DNA from: Anthoceros angustus
Lineage: Eukaryota > Plantae > Anthocerotophyta
Direction: 5' to 3'
Length of the DNA stretch: 64,000 bases
Assembly (NCBI GenBank): GCA_010909165.1
Contig: MU008189.1
Span: 124,001-188,000, forward strand
Shown here one piece after another: positions 22,210-35,918 of the stretch. Every line of letters begins with the position of its first letter. Positions within the stretch are counted from its first letter, which is position 1. Under the pieces are notes generated by a model that saw nothing but the letters and a program-made list of their open reading frames with translations, did no database searches and was not told where the DNA came from. A program made the position numbers and the translations under genes.

Positions 22210-24991
22210 TTATGTCTTCGGATGGCGCTTGGTTCCCTTCTTCTTTGTATTTCGTAAGGAAGGGGTCCGTGGTTTCGGAGGAGGGCTATACACTGGAAAG
22301 GGAGGACTTTCAAATAAATCAGCAGAAGCACTTAGCATACCAGCCACCGTGGCGTTTTGGGCAGTTTGTAAGGCCAATTTCTGTTCCAATAACTCCCTGT
22401 GATAGCCCTGCACAAGATGCAGCTCAACTGAGATTTTATAGCCTGAACATTTATATGGGGCCCCAATAAGACCAGAAACAGTAAAACTCAAAAAATGACC
22501 GTTGCATACCTACCACCCCCACAAACAAAACAGAATACAAGGCAAGCAACGACAGATGAGACAAACCCGCCTGTAAACAATACATAGGCATCCGTACCTG
22601 CACAACGAAATTCCTTCGCTCACAATCCAGAAACATGTTGACCCTCCAAGGAGCTTTGGCCATTATTTTATCCCTCACTATACCAAAACTTAATTGATCT
22701 CTGGAAGTAAAACGATCCACTTCGTTGAACCAGAGGCATGAAAACAGATTAGCTAGAGGTGTATGTGCACGAATAATAACGCAACCCTCTGGTACATCTG
22801 CATACAAATCAACCTCGTCTTAGTACTCCTTCAAACTCATAAAAGCTGAACAACTTCACGCTTCAAATATATTACTTACCACTCACAATGGGAAGCTTTG
22901 CATCAGTGTATGGGGTCAACCCTTCCTGACGATAGAACTCCACTTGCTCATCAATTGACACATTTCTATACTTCCCAGCAGCTTTATTTGCTTCGGCCTC
23001 CTCGAACACATCAAACCGTTTGTAGTGCTTTGAAATTGCGAATACATCCCTACTTCTCCAGAGGAATCTGATTGGTCACCAGAAATTCATGAAGTTCAAT
23101 TGAGCTCAGTAGACAGTGTCAAGATATAGACTTTGAATCTCTGATATATTCACTTCAATCAGCCAGAGTGTATTCTGGCACCATGTTGGTGTACTCAGCA
23201 ACCACAGAAAGACGATACTTCAATCTTCAGAAAAAACAAGCAGAGGAGTTCAGTTACCTCTCAAGAATTTGGTACGGATCAACCACAAGCTCAAGCTTGC
23301 CGTCCAGCCACAGGGAGTATTGTGCATTGGGGAAAAGCCGGTGGATCAATAACTTAGGTATCTGGCCAAGCATGTGCACGTAGCAGTGTAGAACTTAGTA
23401 CAAAGGGGATTAGATGAACACCAGACTCATGGAGCAGAAACATAAATGTCAACAGCTTTTGATTATGATAGAAACGTACCTTACCATTACGTCGTGCATC
23501 CCTGTACGGCAACTTGTGCACCACAACCACCCTCCACAGGCCAACCTTCTTTGGGACTTCTACTGTGCCATCTTCCGAAATGGCAGACCCAGTTTCCTCA
23601 TCTACAAACATGAAAAAGCAAACGTTCTTCCTAGCTTGCTCGCTAATATTTTTTGGCTGTTGCATCTGATCATAATTACCTGCATGTGGGCACGCAACTA
23701 GCTTAATGCGGTTGACACCAGACAGAAAGACTTGCAGCTCAACCACCCCACACAGGGTCCTGCCGAATACAGAGGAAAGATCAGCTGCTGCAAGCTTACC
23801 AAATATAGCAGAGGCGACAACAATCCCTCTGCATGACATCATATCATCTAAATCTTCCGAGCTTATATCAAAACCTGTTCCAACTCCTGGATATCTACCC
23901 TTAACAAATCTGCGGGACAAGACCTTGTCAAAACCATCAAGAATCGACACCATCGATGATATGAGAACCCAGCAACGAGAACGTGCAGCCACCAAACATA
24001 CCCGCAGTGCACATGCATTGACTCTCTGATGTCAAACGACATCTCTCTGTCCTGCAGAGTTCGATAACCCCCGAATTTTGAGCCAGCAGCCCCTTTCCCT
24101 TTGGGGACTACCTGAGTGTTCACATCCGTCACATAAGACAGCTGCTTCAGAACTCCAGGATCAACCCGTGGAGCTCTGTTCATTTCCTCCATTGCCTGCT
24201 CCACGGGCAGGTAGCACACCGGACATGCTGCATCATCAGAAGCAGGGCCATAAGCACAACAGGTCGGTAGAGGGCACAATCCTTCCAGACAGACTCCAGC
24301 AAATCCAAATAGCTGCACACTTACGACGAGGTCCTGTGCGCTTCTTATCAGCTGGAGGTGGCGGCAGAGTGAAATCTTGACATGGATGGCCTGGAGGCAG
24401 CGACTGATCCCAGAAGAATAAATAAGGAGGCGGAGGTACACGATGCGCCGCCCGGAAAAATGACAGATTAGTTTCGAACGAAGGCTCCCCTTCGTGAATG
24501 CTGGTCGCCACCTCTCGATCTGAAATTGCGTTCACCAGACAGTGAGTGAACCACCGACAAGATTACTAAAACCACAGAACCCTAGCTTCTTTCTCCCACA
24601 GCAGCTGGACGGATCCGTCCATCCCCGCCCCGGGGATCCTCCCTGTTCCCGCACCAAACCAGACCTTGGCATTCCCAAACCGAGCAGCGAAAGCGCGCGC
24701 ACCTTGCGGATGCCCGCCGGAGACGACCATCGTGTAGGTGACGAACATCACTCCCGACGCAAAGGCGAGCAACAAGGCCAGCAGGCGTCGGGAGCTGAGC
24801 ATCCGAAACAGCTTGGGACTCCACCGCAACTGCTGCAACAGGCCCCAGGGCCCCCTGCTCTGCCTTGAAAAAAGCCTGGCGTGGTGCGCAGGGAGGCCGG
24901 GCGCGGCAGCAGGCTGCTGGTGCCATGAATTGCTGCCGACGTTGCGCGCGGAATGGGGCCGGTTTACCGAACCCCCGATCATGTCAGCCAC
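22210..24991 (-). CDS. DUF616 (TOD1/MUCI70 family) type II membrane glycosyltransferase-like protein, multi-exon
   Basis: N-terminal TM segment LLALLLAFASGVMFV; CPVCYLPVEQA; SKFGGY; HVHCG; IVVASAIFG; NVCFFMFVDEET; LWRVVVVHKLPY.DARRNGK; EVDRFTSRDQLSF; FLDCERRNFVVQ. Confidence 0.9.
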
Positions 24992-25989
24992 AATCCTAAA
25001 GCCCCGCCTTGGCTGCCAGCGTCCATGGCCTGCCTCTCATCGCCGCTGCTGCAGCCGCATCTGTCGCCTTGCCTGCTCCTCCGCCTGCACGGCTGGCATC
25101 CGCAGCCTCTGCCAATTCCGCCAAGAACGTGCGCGAGGCGCGTCTCCTGCGAACGAGACGCGATTCCTCTCTCCGGCCCGATCCGGACCGCCAAGATCCG
25201 GTGTGTCTGGGCAGACAGATCCCGGCCCCGCCCACGGGCTCCCTGCTCCTCCTCCCGCCTCGCTGCCTCCTGATTGAGCTGCCCGCGCTACTGAGAGCGA
25301 TGCGCTACCGCTGCTGCTTCACCGGCCGACCGGCGTCACCCACTCCTTCCGGTTGCCTGCACTGTCCACCAGTTCGTCTTGCAGTCAACCCTTCTCGCCT
25401 CTATATTTAGATACTCGCGGCACACCGGTCGTTTCAGTCACGAGGACGGAGACGGAGAAAGAAATAACGAAATAGGTACCTAGTAGGAGAACGAAATATG
25501 TACCTACTATGTGTCTGCAGACGCGTCGAGCCCCGTGTTTCCACTGATTGCATCATTCCATTTCCTTGCTTCTTAACACCAAGAAAGCAGTTGCCTACCC
25601 CATATTTTTTCATAATTATATTTGATATGGATTAGGTGTCGTGTCATGGTCAGGATAAAAAGATACCCTTTTCACTTACATCATTGCTATATTCAATAAC
25701 TAATTTTTGTCCGTACTTTTACCTCTCTCAATAAGTGTGAGTTCCATAATTAAGTATAAGGATGAATACAAATATAGCGTTTGCAAAGCTTCTAATTATT
25801 AGGCAATCTCTTTAATAACAAGAGGAAGATCTCTTTAATAGCAATGAATAAAATTAGATCTTATTTATCGTCGTCCTTGTTCCCGAGGGAAAAGCTACAT
25901 ACCTACTGAAGTATATTTAGAAGGAAAGAATTATCAATTTTCTTCCGTTTCTTTTGTGTTCATCGTGACCTCATCAAATTCATCTCCAC

Positions 25990-27205
25990 TTCCATACATA
26001 TGTTGCCTCTTGCAAACTCTTCCCGGGCAACAAGTCCCTTCGTGAGTTTTTAGTTTACACCTAATCCTTTTCCATCTCATCCCCTTCCTGAGCTTTCATC
26101 GCGTCTCTCATTCGTTTCGTGGGCTTGGGGTTTCCTTGGTCTTCTCGAGACTTGTATCCTTTCCTGCAAGTCCTTTACTTGGTGGCTGTTTCTGCTTCAC
26201 ACTTTCATCCTTCTCCAATGCTTTTGGTAGTAGCATTTTTCAGCTGCTGCTTCTCCCGAGCCTTATCCCTGCAATGAGCAGTACCTTGTCCTAAATAGGA
26301 AGGAAACCACAACAAAGTTCTAAAGAGGAGGAGAGGGAAAAAAGGCGCCTATTTGTATGGTACGGTTGCCAGATCCACATTCTCTCGCACAAAATTCGTA
26401 GACGACAGCACTCCCCTCTTTAGCTCAGGCATCGATGTAAGCAAAAGCAATCCATAACTCATGCCAAAATTCCCGAGCTCCAATACTTTCCACCTGAACA
26501 TGACCTCGGCAGCAGAATCAAGAACAAGATCAACAACACAGAGACCATCTATGAGCTACCTTCTTGCCTTGTGGGTACCTGAAGATAAGTTGCATTGATG
26601 CTCTTTATATGCACACACGTAGGATAAGAATGCCTTCAACTCTTTCTGTCACATCCTGATCAGAATTTGCTCATAAGCGAAAAATGAATCAGAACTCGTG
26701 TAGTGCACAATCCTGTAGATGGATTGCTTTGTGGCTTTGTGACCCCTGAAGTGAAAAGATGTGATATGGAAGTGCAAAAGTCACGCAAGGTACCTTTGGG
26801 ACCACATCATGAATACTCTCATACGTTGGCCTCTCTTCGATAGGTATCCTTTGGAATCTTTCAAGATGGTCACCACACATACCTCTAAGTGTGAAATGTG
26901 GTGCCACCGCCGGTCACCTGACTAGGAGAAAGACACGACACCTTCAGAAGGAGGAAGTAAAAGGCATTTTCTGAGCGTCCCAGTCGTGCAGCACGACCGA
27001 CTCTGTGCGAAAAGACATTTGGAACGTGAGGAGGATCATACTGCAAACTCAATCCAAATGTTCAGAAAAATTATTCAACGTGACGAGAAAAAGCAAAAAC
27101 ACCAGGCCATTCCTTCACAGAAAATGAGCAACCCGTTAGGTTGTTCACTCTTACCTTTGTTCACCAAAAGGTATGTCGAGCCCTCGGCTAGCCACATCTG
27201 TGCAG
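25990..27205 (-). pseudogene. 3'-half pseudogene of DEAD-box helicase RH18/DDX55/SPB4 that retains introns
   Basis: Exon remnants: [34 protein letters not shown] (motif VI), KAFLSYVCAYKEHQC, WKVLELGNFGMSYGLLLLTSMPELK, DKAREKQQ, KGLVAREEFA. Frameshifts and stops present; no DEAD-containing N-terminal half found upstream. Confidence 0.8.
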
Positions 27206-27916
27206 CACAACATGCTAGAGCTTTCTCCCGCATGCATCGCAAGAGACTACCTCAGGGTCCGTCTCGCGCCTCGCCCACGCACCGGTCGAAGGCCTCGGCC
27301 TCCGACCGAGGCCTCACCGGCCTCGGCCCCGCCGCGGCGTCGCGGGCCGCGGGGCTCAAGTTCACGTGCGGCGGCGGCGTCGCGGGCCTCATCACGCATG
27401 CGGCCTCACCGGATAGAACACCTAGTCCCAGAGCCTCACAGTCTGGTCGCTAGAGCCCGACGCAAGAGCGGCCCCATCTAGACTCCCATCCACGGACAGG
27501 ACGAAACTCGCATGCCCTGACATAGCACCGGTAATCTTCTGGTTCTCTGCATCGTACATGCTCACTAGGTTACTAGTCACAGTGACATCATATTGGATAG
27601 CAAGCGCATTTATGTCTGAGTGGAGCTAGCTACTTTCTCTTCTCAAAATGCTGAAACACCCATATTCGGACATACTTGCACCGAGCACACAAACAACCAT
27701 GCTTTCGTTCCGCATGGCACGGTACGGGCTAAAGGCTTCTTGGCCCGTGGCCCCTGCTGAGCACACCCTGAGCTATTATGGTACTCCAAGTCACAACGTG
27801 AAAAGACAAATACCATTCTGGCATCCCTCAGGCTCTAGCACTTCGCATAAATGTTCACCAGGCTTTCAAAGAAGAGTCATGTAAATTTCTAAGTTTGTTA
27901 CCACGACCTGCATTTC

Positions 27917-29335
27917 TTAAGTAGTCTTCTCAACTAGGTGACATTTACAACGACCATCAAACCTACTCAAACATGATATTAATCGCACGACTTCAAAACT
28001 ATCCTTTGCTTTGTAATCAAGGCCCCAACAATCTATGCTAAAAGGACCATTCACTTTGCTGCTGAAACTAGGATCTTGAAGTATCCCACCACCTTCACCA
28101 TATCTAAGTGTACCACATCCACCAATTAGCATTAGTAACTCATCTGTTAACAACTCATATATATCGATACTAAGAAAAAGGCCTTTAGGTTTTGTGGCCA
28201 TGAACTGGCAACCTCTTCTACCATCGGGACCATCCATACAGCAGAAAACGTAAGAATATGAGGCAGATGAAAAGCAAGAAACCTGAGGAATACCCCCTTT
28301 CTCTCCTTATCCTTTTCCCAGAAGGAACTCCCGGGAAGTGGTAAGGTCGGAAGAAGTTGATGGTAGTAAAATAACCCAAATTCTGCATACTCACAACTGA
28401 TAACCAAGTTATAAGATGGCCTTTGAAAATTATCAGCGCTCCTCTCCCCTGGACCAAAATGCACTCCGACAAAGCATCCTGCAGTGACAACTGCGAATGT
28501 GACTGGTGCCCCTGATGACCCATTAAATGTAGAAGCCAAGTGAGCTATTAAGCTCCCGTTGGAGTTGAGGATCCGCTCTGTACTTGCCACAAGATCTCCA
28601 TCGTGAATTCCCTCAGTGAGTTCCAACAGCTTACCACATATCTGATCAATCCACCTGTCAATCAAAAGTTTTGCACTTGCATTCTGTTTGCTGAACTGTG
28701 ACCACGTCATCTGCTCTCCCTTTAAATCTGTGTTCACTTCCTCACGCAGCATCCCAATATTCCTGAAAAATAACGCCCCTCTCTCTTCCCTTGAGTTACT
28801 CTTATTTTGTGCTACCGTAACATCTTTCCTCACTCTACTCACCATGGGGTAGTTGAAAAGGTGGTATGCCGAAAGAAGATCAACATCCACGTCTTCAACA
28901 CTGAGGCACATGGGTACTAAAAACTCCGAAAATCTTCGGATTGGCTTGCCTTTCTTGTACAAAAATGACTCAACCAAACCTATAGCAGCCACATTCAGCC
29001 CTAAGCTTGAGACCACATTCGAGATAATTGGATCCTTGAAATTCACAGCAGAATCCTGGAAGTGTTCAGCAAGAGGGCAAAGAAAAAACATAGGCCTGTC
29101 CGCACGAACAAAATTAAACTCTCTAGCTGGCTGATGCAAGCCCAATAGGTGGCTGACATAGTTCCCCTCAACGTTGCTCAGAACATGCCGGGCGATTAGG
29201 GCGACAGTTGAGGAAACAAACTGGTTCCATATTGCACTACCTCACTCGTGTGGTAGTGCAAACCCTGAATCCTGAAGGTGGTCGACACAAACCTGACATG
29301 GGCTGCTCTCCAAGTGTCTTCTAATAGTCTCACCT
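27917..29335 (-). CDS. Trypsin-fold (PA clan, Trypsin_2/FAM111-like) serine protease; frameshifted near its start, with possible extra 5' exons up to about 30600
   Basis: VRFVSTTFRI...YGT, then a one-base shift to FVSSTVALIARHVL (His about 29186), EDVDVDLL (candidate Asp about 28885) and HLASTFNGSSGAPV...FVGVHFG (Ser about 28514). Confidence 0.6.
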
Positions 29336-30905
29336 GTGAAACTGAAGAATAATCCACTCCACCTAGCCTGTTCCGGTCAATATATCACTCGCCATCCATC
29401 AAAATTCTAACTTCATTATTGGGGAAAGTCGGTGATTTTGAGGATCATCAGAATCTCTCACTCCAACCTACAACTGTGGTGAGAGAGGACCATCTCCATC
29501 CAGGCCATCCAATAGACTATCTACTAAGACCTGTGAGCATGAAATACCACAAGTCTTGAAGGTGGGAGACATATCTGAAAAGTGGGAAGCACATCACAGC
29601 CTATAGCAAAACGCAGATGAAAAAACAAACAATTAGACAAAGTTATCTCCACTTACCTCTTCTTCAATTGTATTGCAAAGATAAGAATCATCTTCCAATG
29701 GGCATGGTGAATCAAAGAACGGAGCCCATTGAGCAAAGGAGGCAACATAGCTTGCCACAAAACCGGGCTTAGGATCATAGCGCCAGAAGACTTCTTCCTC
29801 CTTCCTCATGACTGCAACAATAACACTATGATTGGAATACAATACTTAACAGCCAGAACATAAAGCTACACTGTCCACTTTCCTATTTTCAGTAGAATAA
29901 TTCCACACTGGCAGCAACTATAAAGAAGCTCTAACTATCACCTTTACCATCACTAGCCCCGCTGCTCGGCTCGGCTTTGCTTGCGTCCATTTTGAAAGAT
30001 ATCGAGGTCACACCTGCCAACCACCAGATTCCGTCAAAATCTGCAAACAATCCAATCAGTCTTGTTGTCCGGTATATCCCAGAGATGGCAGCAGGGTTCG
30101 AAGCTCAAAGGTAGCAGACTAACCAAACCAACTCGCAGCCCCACAACTCGTCAAGGCACCTGCAATCCCGTACTGTTTCTTCCAAGAAACACCCTATGAT
30201 TATAACCACCGTTGCACCCGCAATTGCCTCTCACCTCTGTCCTTCTATCTCCAAGTGCTCACACAAACTTTCCGACAATACGCCTACCAAGCCATAGTAT
30301 TTGATGCGTAGGTCAGCCTACTACCTACTGCTCGTAAATAGAATGAGAGCTCGCTGTCTACATTATGCAACCAAGACAAGATGGTAGCTCGAAATGTGCA
30401 TTAGCTGGGTTGGATACACAGAGGACATCCTTCAAAAGCCCTGATGGGCGTGGGATGCCATTTCCTGCATCATGAACGACGTGAAATCTTGGTTAAGGCG
30501 GTTAGCTCTGCAAACCAGCAGTCCACGTTCGAACCGCCGGAGCAACCAACAGCGTCCCGAGTAGGAATGTGCTTCCTGCATGACATCCATCCCGATGGAT
30601 CATGTACGAAGCAATAGGTTGTCCTTGGGAATTAGCTTAGAGTTAGAATCTGCATAAAATCATAACAAGTCTGTTCGCGTGTGTGTGCATATGACCTTAT
30701 CTGCGACCAGTGTGTTTGTAAAACTATAATCTGGTTAGCGAGAAGAGAGCCAATGAAGGAACGCTACGATAGAGTGACGACGTAAGCGGGAGGAAGGTAA
30801 TTCCACGAAAAGGCAGATGGGAATGTGAGGAGGAGAATCAGGAGAGGAGCAGCAAAGCAACGAAGGGAAGGAAGAAAAGAATCCGGTGGAGGTTGAGTGG
30901 AGACG

Positions 30906-33900
30906 ATGGCGAGCGCGCTGTCGTCGGCGGCGATGGCTGCCCGGCCTGCCGGCCCGGCTGTCACAGTCTGCTCCGCCTCGCCCCTGGGTACGTCTGTACT
31001 GCGGAATGCAGTGGATTGGAATGAATGCATTTTTGCACCACCCGCTCACCCTCCTCGTCTCGCTTGCTGTGCCAGTGTCGCAGCAGCAGGCGGGCTCCAG
31101 CAAGCCGGCGCTTCCCAAGCCTGTGCCTCCTTCCCCTTACGCTCCCGCGCCTGCTCCTCCCATTGCGGTTCCGCCTGCCCGCCCGGCTTTCCAGCAGCAG
31201 CAGCAGCCGCAGCAACAGCAACAGCAGCAGCAGCAGCCGCAGCCGCTGCAATATGGCAGGGATGTGGCTGCCGCAAAGCAGGCGATGGAGCAGGGCCGGG
31301 CCCCTCCCGTGACGCGCCTGGTGCTGAACAAGGCGGCCAAGGACCCGCCCCCGACGTCTCTCCGGCTGGCGGGGAGGATTCGCACGTCTGAGGCGGATGC
31401 TGCGTCTGTACAGTCGCTGGACCAGATTCTGGACCATGTTGAGAAGGGGTTCCAGTCCGAGCTCCTCAGCCGACAGCAGCAAGCTGGTACTGTTTTGATG
31501 TGTATGTTAGGGTTTCGCATTGCAGGTGCTGGTGCTGGTGCTGTTGGTGCTGGTAGGATTGGATTGTGTTGTGTTCGGTGGAATTTTCCTTATTGTGGTT
31601 GCTGAATTGAGTTGCCTGCCCGGCCCAGGCTTCTGCTGCAGAGCCGTGAATCGTCTCTGCTTCGTTGTGGACCTGATTGAGCCTGGAGCTCGGTTGTGGA
31701 CATTGCAGGCCCTTCTTCCAGTTCAGGTACCTCGGCAGGAGCTCCAGCAGGGACCTCGTCAGCAGCTCCAGGAGGGAGCTATTCAGTGTCTCCAGCAGGG
31801 ACGTATTCAGGGTCTCCAGCAGGGTCCTCCTATTCAGGTCCTCCAGCAGGGTCCTCCTATTCAGGGCCTCCAGCAGGGTCTTCGTATTCAGGGCCTCCAG
31901 CAGGGACATCTTCGGGAGCTCCAGCAGGGTCTTCGTATTCAGGGCCTCCAGCAGGGACATCTTCAGGAGCTCCAGCCGGTCGGGACTTCAGGGCCTCCTC
32001 AGGAGCTCCACCTGGGCGAGACTTCAGAAATAGGCCGTCTGCTGCCCCTGGAGCTCCTTGGAGGGTAAGGGTGGACGAGCCCAGAGTGAACCGGGAACCG
32101 ACATTGGGGGCAGCGCCGCCTACGGTGGGGCCAGTGCCACCCCCGGTGGCTGATCTGAATCTGAATGGTATTCAAACTGACCAAGGTTTCAGGCCAGAGC
32201 CTAGGAGGACAGCTATAGTGAAGCCGGTGCTGCCCCGAAGGCCTGCACCGGAGGGGCCTTATGCACCACCACCGAGACCCGGTGGTGTTCTGCAAAGGCC
32301 CGCTCCCCCTCCTAGGCCGGCCAAGCCTGGTGGGCCTATTTTGAGAGATATAGGTGCTGCACCGCAGCCACCAGCCAGACCTCCTCCTAGTGGTGCTTCC
32401 AGTGGCCCCATTTTGAGAGATGTTGGTGCTGCTCCAAGGCCTAAAGCCGTGGACCCAGTGCTAGCAACGGCTGCTGTGGCCGTACCACCCAAGTTCACCA
32501 AAGCAGCTCCTGCCAAAGGCAAAGAGGACTGGCGGAAGAAAGCCAGTGCCAATGCGGCAGTTGACGGTGCTAACAAGCGGAAAACAGCTGCAGTGCGAGA
32601 TAAGAATACAGATGTTGGGACTGGTGACATCGACATTCCTGGGGTTGGCCTTGGTCGCGGTAGGAAGTTCACCAAGGCTACCCGCAAGGCTGCCCGGAAT
32701 GAAGCTGCTAGGGCAGCTGCACCTGTGAAGGTAGACATTCTTGAAGTAGGGAAACAGGGGCTATCGGTTGCAGAGCTGGCCTCAAAACTGGCTGTCAATG
32801 AAGGGGAGGTGGTGAAGGCTCTATTTTTGAAGGGCATCCCAATCACTGTGAACCAGATTCTTGACGAGGATACTGTAAAACTTGTTTGTAACGAGTTTGA
32901 CGTTGAGGTTATAGAAGCAGGTGTTGTGGAAATCAAGGATTTGGCTAAGAAAAATGTCGAGTTTGTGAATGAAGACGACTTGGACTCTCTCCAAGTTAGA
33001 CCACCAGTTGTCACGATCATGGGCCATGTGGATCACGGCAAGGTAAATGCTTTGTGGGAGTACTAGGGCTGAAGTTTGGATTGTTCGTTTTGTTTTTCAA
33101 TATCCACTACAGCAGTTTCCGCAAGATGAGGGGATTCTTTGCTGATCAAGATGCCTTGTCTGTTGTATCTATCTGCAGACATCCTTGCTGGACTACATCA
33201 GGAGAGCGAAAGTATGTGCTCAGTTCAGTCGTATCAGGAGTATTTTTTTCGTTATATAAGACTCCCCTGAGATGCGCATTTCTGACCCAATGGTTCACTT
33301 TCAGGTCGCTGCTTCTGAAGCAGGCGGTATTACTCAAGGTATAGGAGCGTATCGGGTGCCTGTTGAATATGGAGGTGGAGAGCAGTCATGTGTGTTCATT
33401 GACACCCCAGGGCATGAGGTGCAGCATTCTCGGGCCTTTTCGAGCTCTTAGCGCATCCGCTAGACACATTGGACTCATTGGGTGAATGACCTGTGACAGG
33501 CTTTCAGTGCAATGCGAGCTAGGGGCGCTCGAGTCACAGATATTGCAATTATTGTAGTTGCTGCAGACGATGGCGTGCGACCTCAAACGTTGGAAGCAAT
33601 TGCACATGCCAAAGCTGCAAAAGTGCCGATGGTGTTTGCATTGAACAAGGTTTCTTGACTGACCCATGTCCTGAAGTACATGCTCCTATATCTCTTGGGC
33701 TTGCCATGTCCTCACGTTGTTGAGCTCTATGCTGTCCGGATCAGCAAGTCTCTAAGCTTCTTAGGAAGTGACTGGAAGGTGAGTTGCTGAAGGTTGCCTG
33801 TTTGAACCTGCAGTGCGACAAGGATGGGGCAAATCCTGAGCGTGTTAAGCAGGAGCTCGCTAATAAAGGTATCCTTCCCGAGGAGTGGGGGGGTGATACT

Positions 33901-35918
33901 CCAATGGTTCAGGTAATCATGCGCAGTGGTTCACAAGTGTGGTGACTATCCTTTGGCTCCTTCATGATTGTTACGGGTCAGCTGAAGTATTGCTGATGTG
34001 CACATGCATTCTCCCTCTTTGTTGCAGGTTAGTGCTTTGACTGGAGATAATATTGATTCGTTGCTGGAGAATGTAATGCTTGTAGCCGAGGTGAGTTTCA
34101 GCAGCTTTACTTGTCATGTTGTCAAATGTACACTCAACACTTCTGTAGGAAGAGGAGCTAATAATATCTGGTCCCTTGTTGTTGCAGTTTCAAGAATTGA
34201 AGGCCAACCCTGCGTCTCATGCCAAAGGAACTGTACTTGAGTCCAGTCTGGATAAGTCAAGAGGAGTTCTTTCTACTCTATTAGTCCAGAATGGCACGCT
34301 CAGACAGGGTGATGTTGTTCTTTCAGGAGAGTCTTATGGAAAGGTTTGCTTCCTGCTCCGTCACTCAAGTCACTCCGTGCACACTTCTACGCTTGTTTCA
34401 GTTTTGAAATTGGGTTGTCAGTGCTAGTGATGCTTGCGTTTTTGCTGGAAACTGCTGATGGCATTGTTACGACGGGCAGTCATTTTCTATTGTTGGGTTT
34501 GCAGGTTCGAGCTCTGTTGGATGACACAGGTGCAAGAGTTGATGAGGCTGGGCCATCCACTGCTGTACAGGTATGGAGTCCGAGTGGAATTTGATCTTCT
34601 GTTCTGCGTGATAACTTTGGTTGTAGTCGTGCCAAGGTACAAGTTCTAGCTTGCATGTGTGAAGATCCTAAGCTCTCGCAGCCTCTGACTTCGTTAAATG
34701 GAGCTGCGTTTCAGGTGATAGGGTTGAGTAGGGTTCCATTGGCGGGAGATTCATTCGAGGTCCTGACGTCCCTGGATGAGGCCCGAGAAAGAGCAGACGA
34801 ACAAGCGGAGTTAGTGCGAGTAGCCCGCCTGGCTGCTCAGGCTGGGGAAGGAAAAGTGACACTCACGTCTGGAGCCACCAACCAAGCAACTGGCCTAGAA
34901 AAGCATCAGCTCAATGTGATCTTGAAGGTCGATGCGCAGGTACTTCAACTTCAGCCCACATCAGTTTGATTGCTGCATCATCACTATTGCCTGTTGCGTT
35001 GTGAAATGTCCACCTGGGGCCTGCCTCTTTACGAGTCTCCTTGGTGAAAGTGCGATATTGTTTGCCCTGCAGGGTTCAATTGAGCCCATCAGAGAAGCTC
35101 TGCAGGCTTTGCCGCAAAACACAGTGTCACTCCGTTTCCTGACACAAGAGCCAGGCGACATCTCCACCAGTGAAATCGATCTCGCTGTTGCGAGTGATGC
35201 CCTTGTGCTGGGCTTCAACGTCGGACTCCAGCCCGGTGTCCAGACTCAGGCTGATACGGAGGGCGTCTCTGTCTGTGTCTACCGTGTCATCTACGATCTT
35301 GTGGACGAGGTCCGGAAGCGCATGGAAGGCCTGCTCAACGTTGTCCAGGTACGCATTTCACGCCAGGGTTGTGGGAGACGGCTTCCTCTGCTTCTTCACA
35401 TCATCATCGTAACACCAATCTGTCTCCGTTCCGTTCCCTCTTGCAGGAGCAAGTATCCCTGGGCAAAGCCGAGGTACGAGCTGTGTTTGGCAGTGGGAGC
35501 TCGAAGGTGGCTGGCTGCATTGTGACAGAAGGGAAGCTCGTCAAGGGCTGCAGTCTATCTGTCTCCCGAGGTGGCGACATCGTTCACACCGGCACTCTCG
35601 ACTCACTCCGACGAGTGAAGGAGAGCGCAAAGGAGGTGCTGTGAATTTCTTCCTTCCTTCCTCCCTTCCTCCCTTCCCTTTTCGGCCATGGCAAGCCCAC
35701 AACCTTTTCTGACTAGTTGACACTCTCCTGTGCATGTGCAGGTTGTTGCCGGCCTAGAATGCGGGGTGGGAGTGGATGATTTCCTGGAATGGAAAGAGGG
35801 AGACTTGATCGACGCCTACAATCTGGTGGAGAAGAAGAGGAGCCTGGAGGAGGCTGCAGTGACAACAGCCGCCCTGGTCGCCGGCAACAGCCAAATATCG
35901 GCCGCCTCCGCCGGGTAA
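30906..35918 (+). CDS. cpIF2: Chloroplast translation initiation factor IF-2, multi-exon
   Basis: [130 protein letters not shown]. Confidence 0.95.
31735..32010 (+). repeat. In-frame coding minisatellite (24-27-bp units; SSYSGPPAG / TSSGAPAG) in the IF2 N-terminal region
   Basis: tc(c/g)tattcagg(g/t)cctccagcaggg repeated about 4 times, interleaved with acatcttc(g/a)ggagctccagc units. A CAG polyGln tract also lies at about 31190-31250. Confidence 0.9.

Noticed and set aside
25009-25410. 133-aa Ala/Pro-rich plus-strand ORF
   Set aside because: Lies antisense over the GC-rich 5' UTR region of the DUF616 gene.
31466-32068. ORFs with LLEALNTKT and LQQGPPIQ repeats
   Set aside because: Alternative and antisense frames of the IF2 minisatellite.
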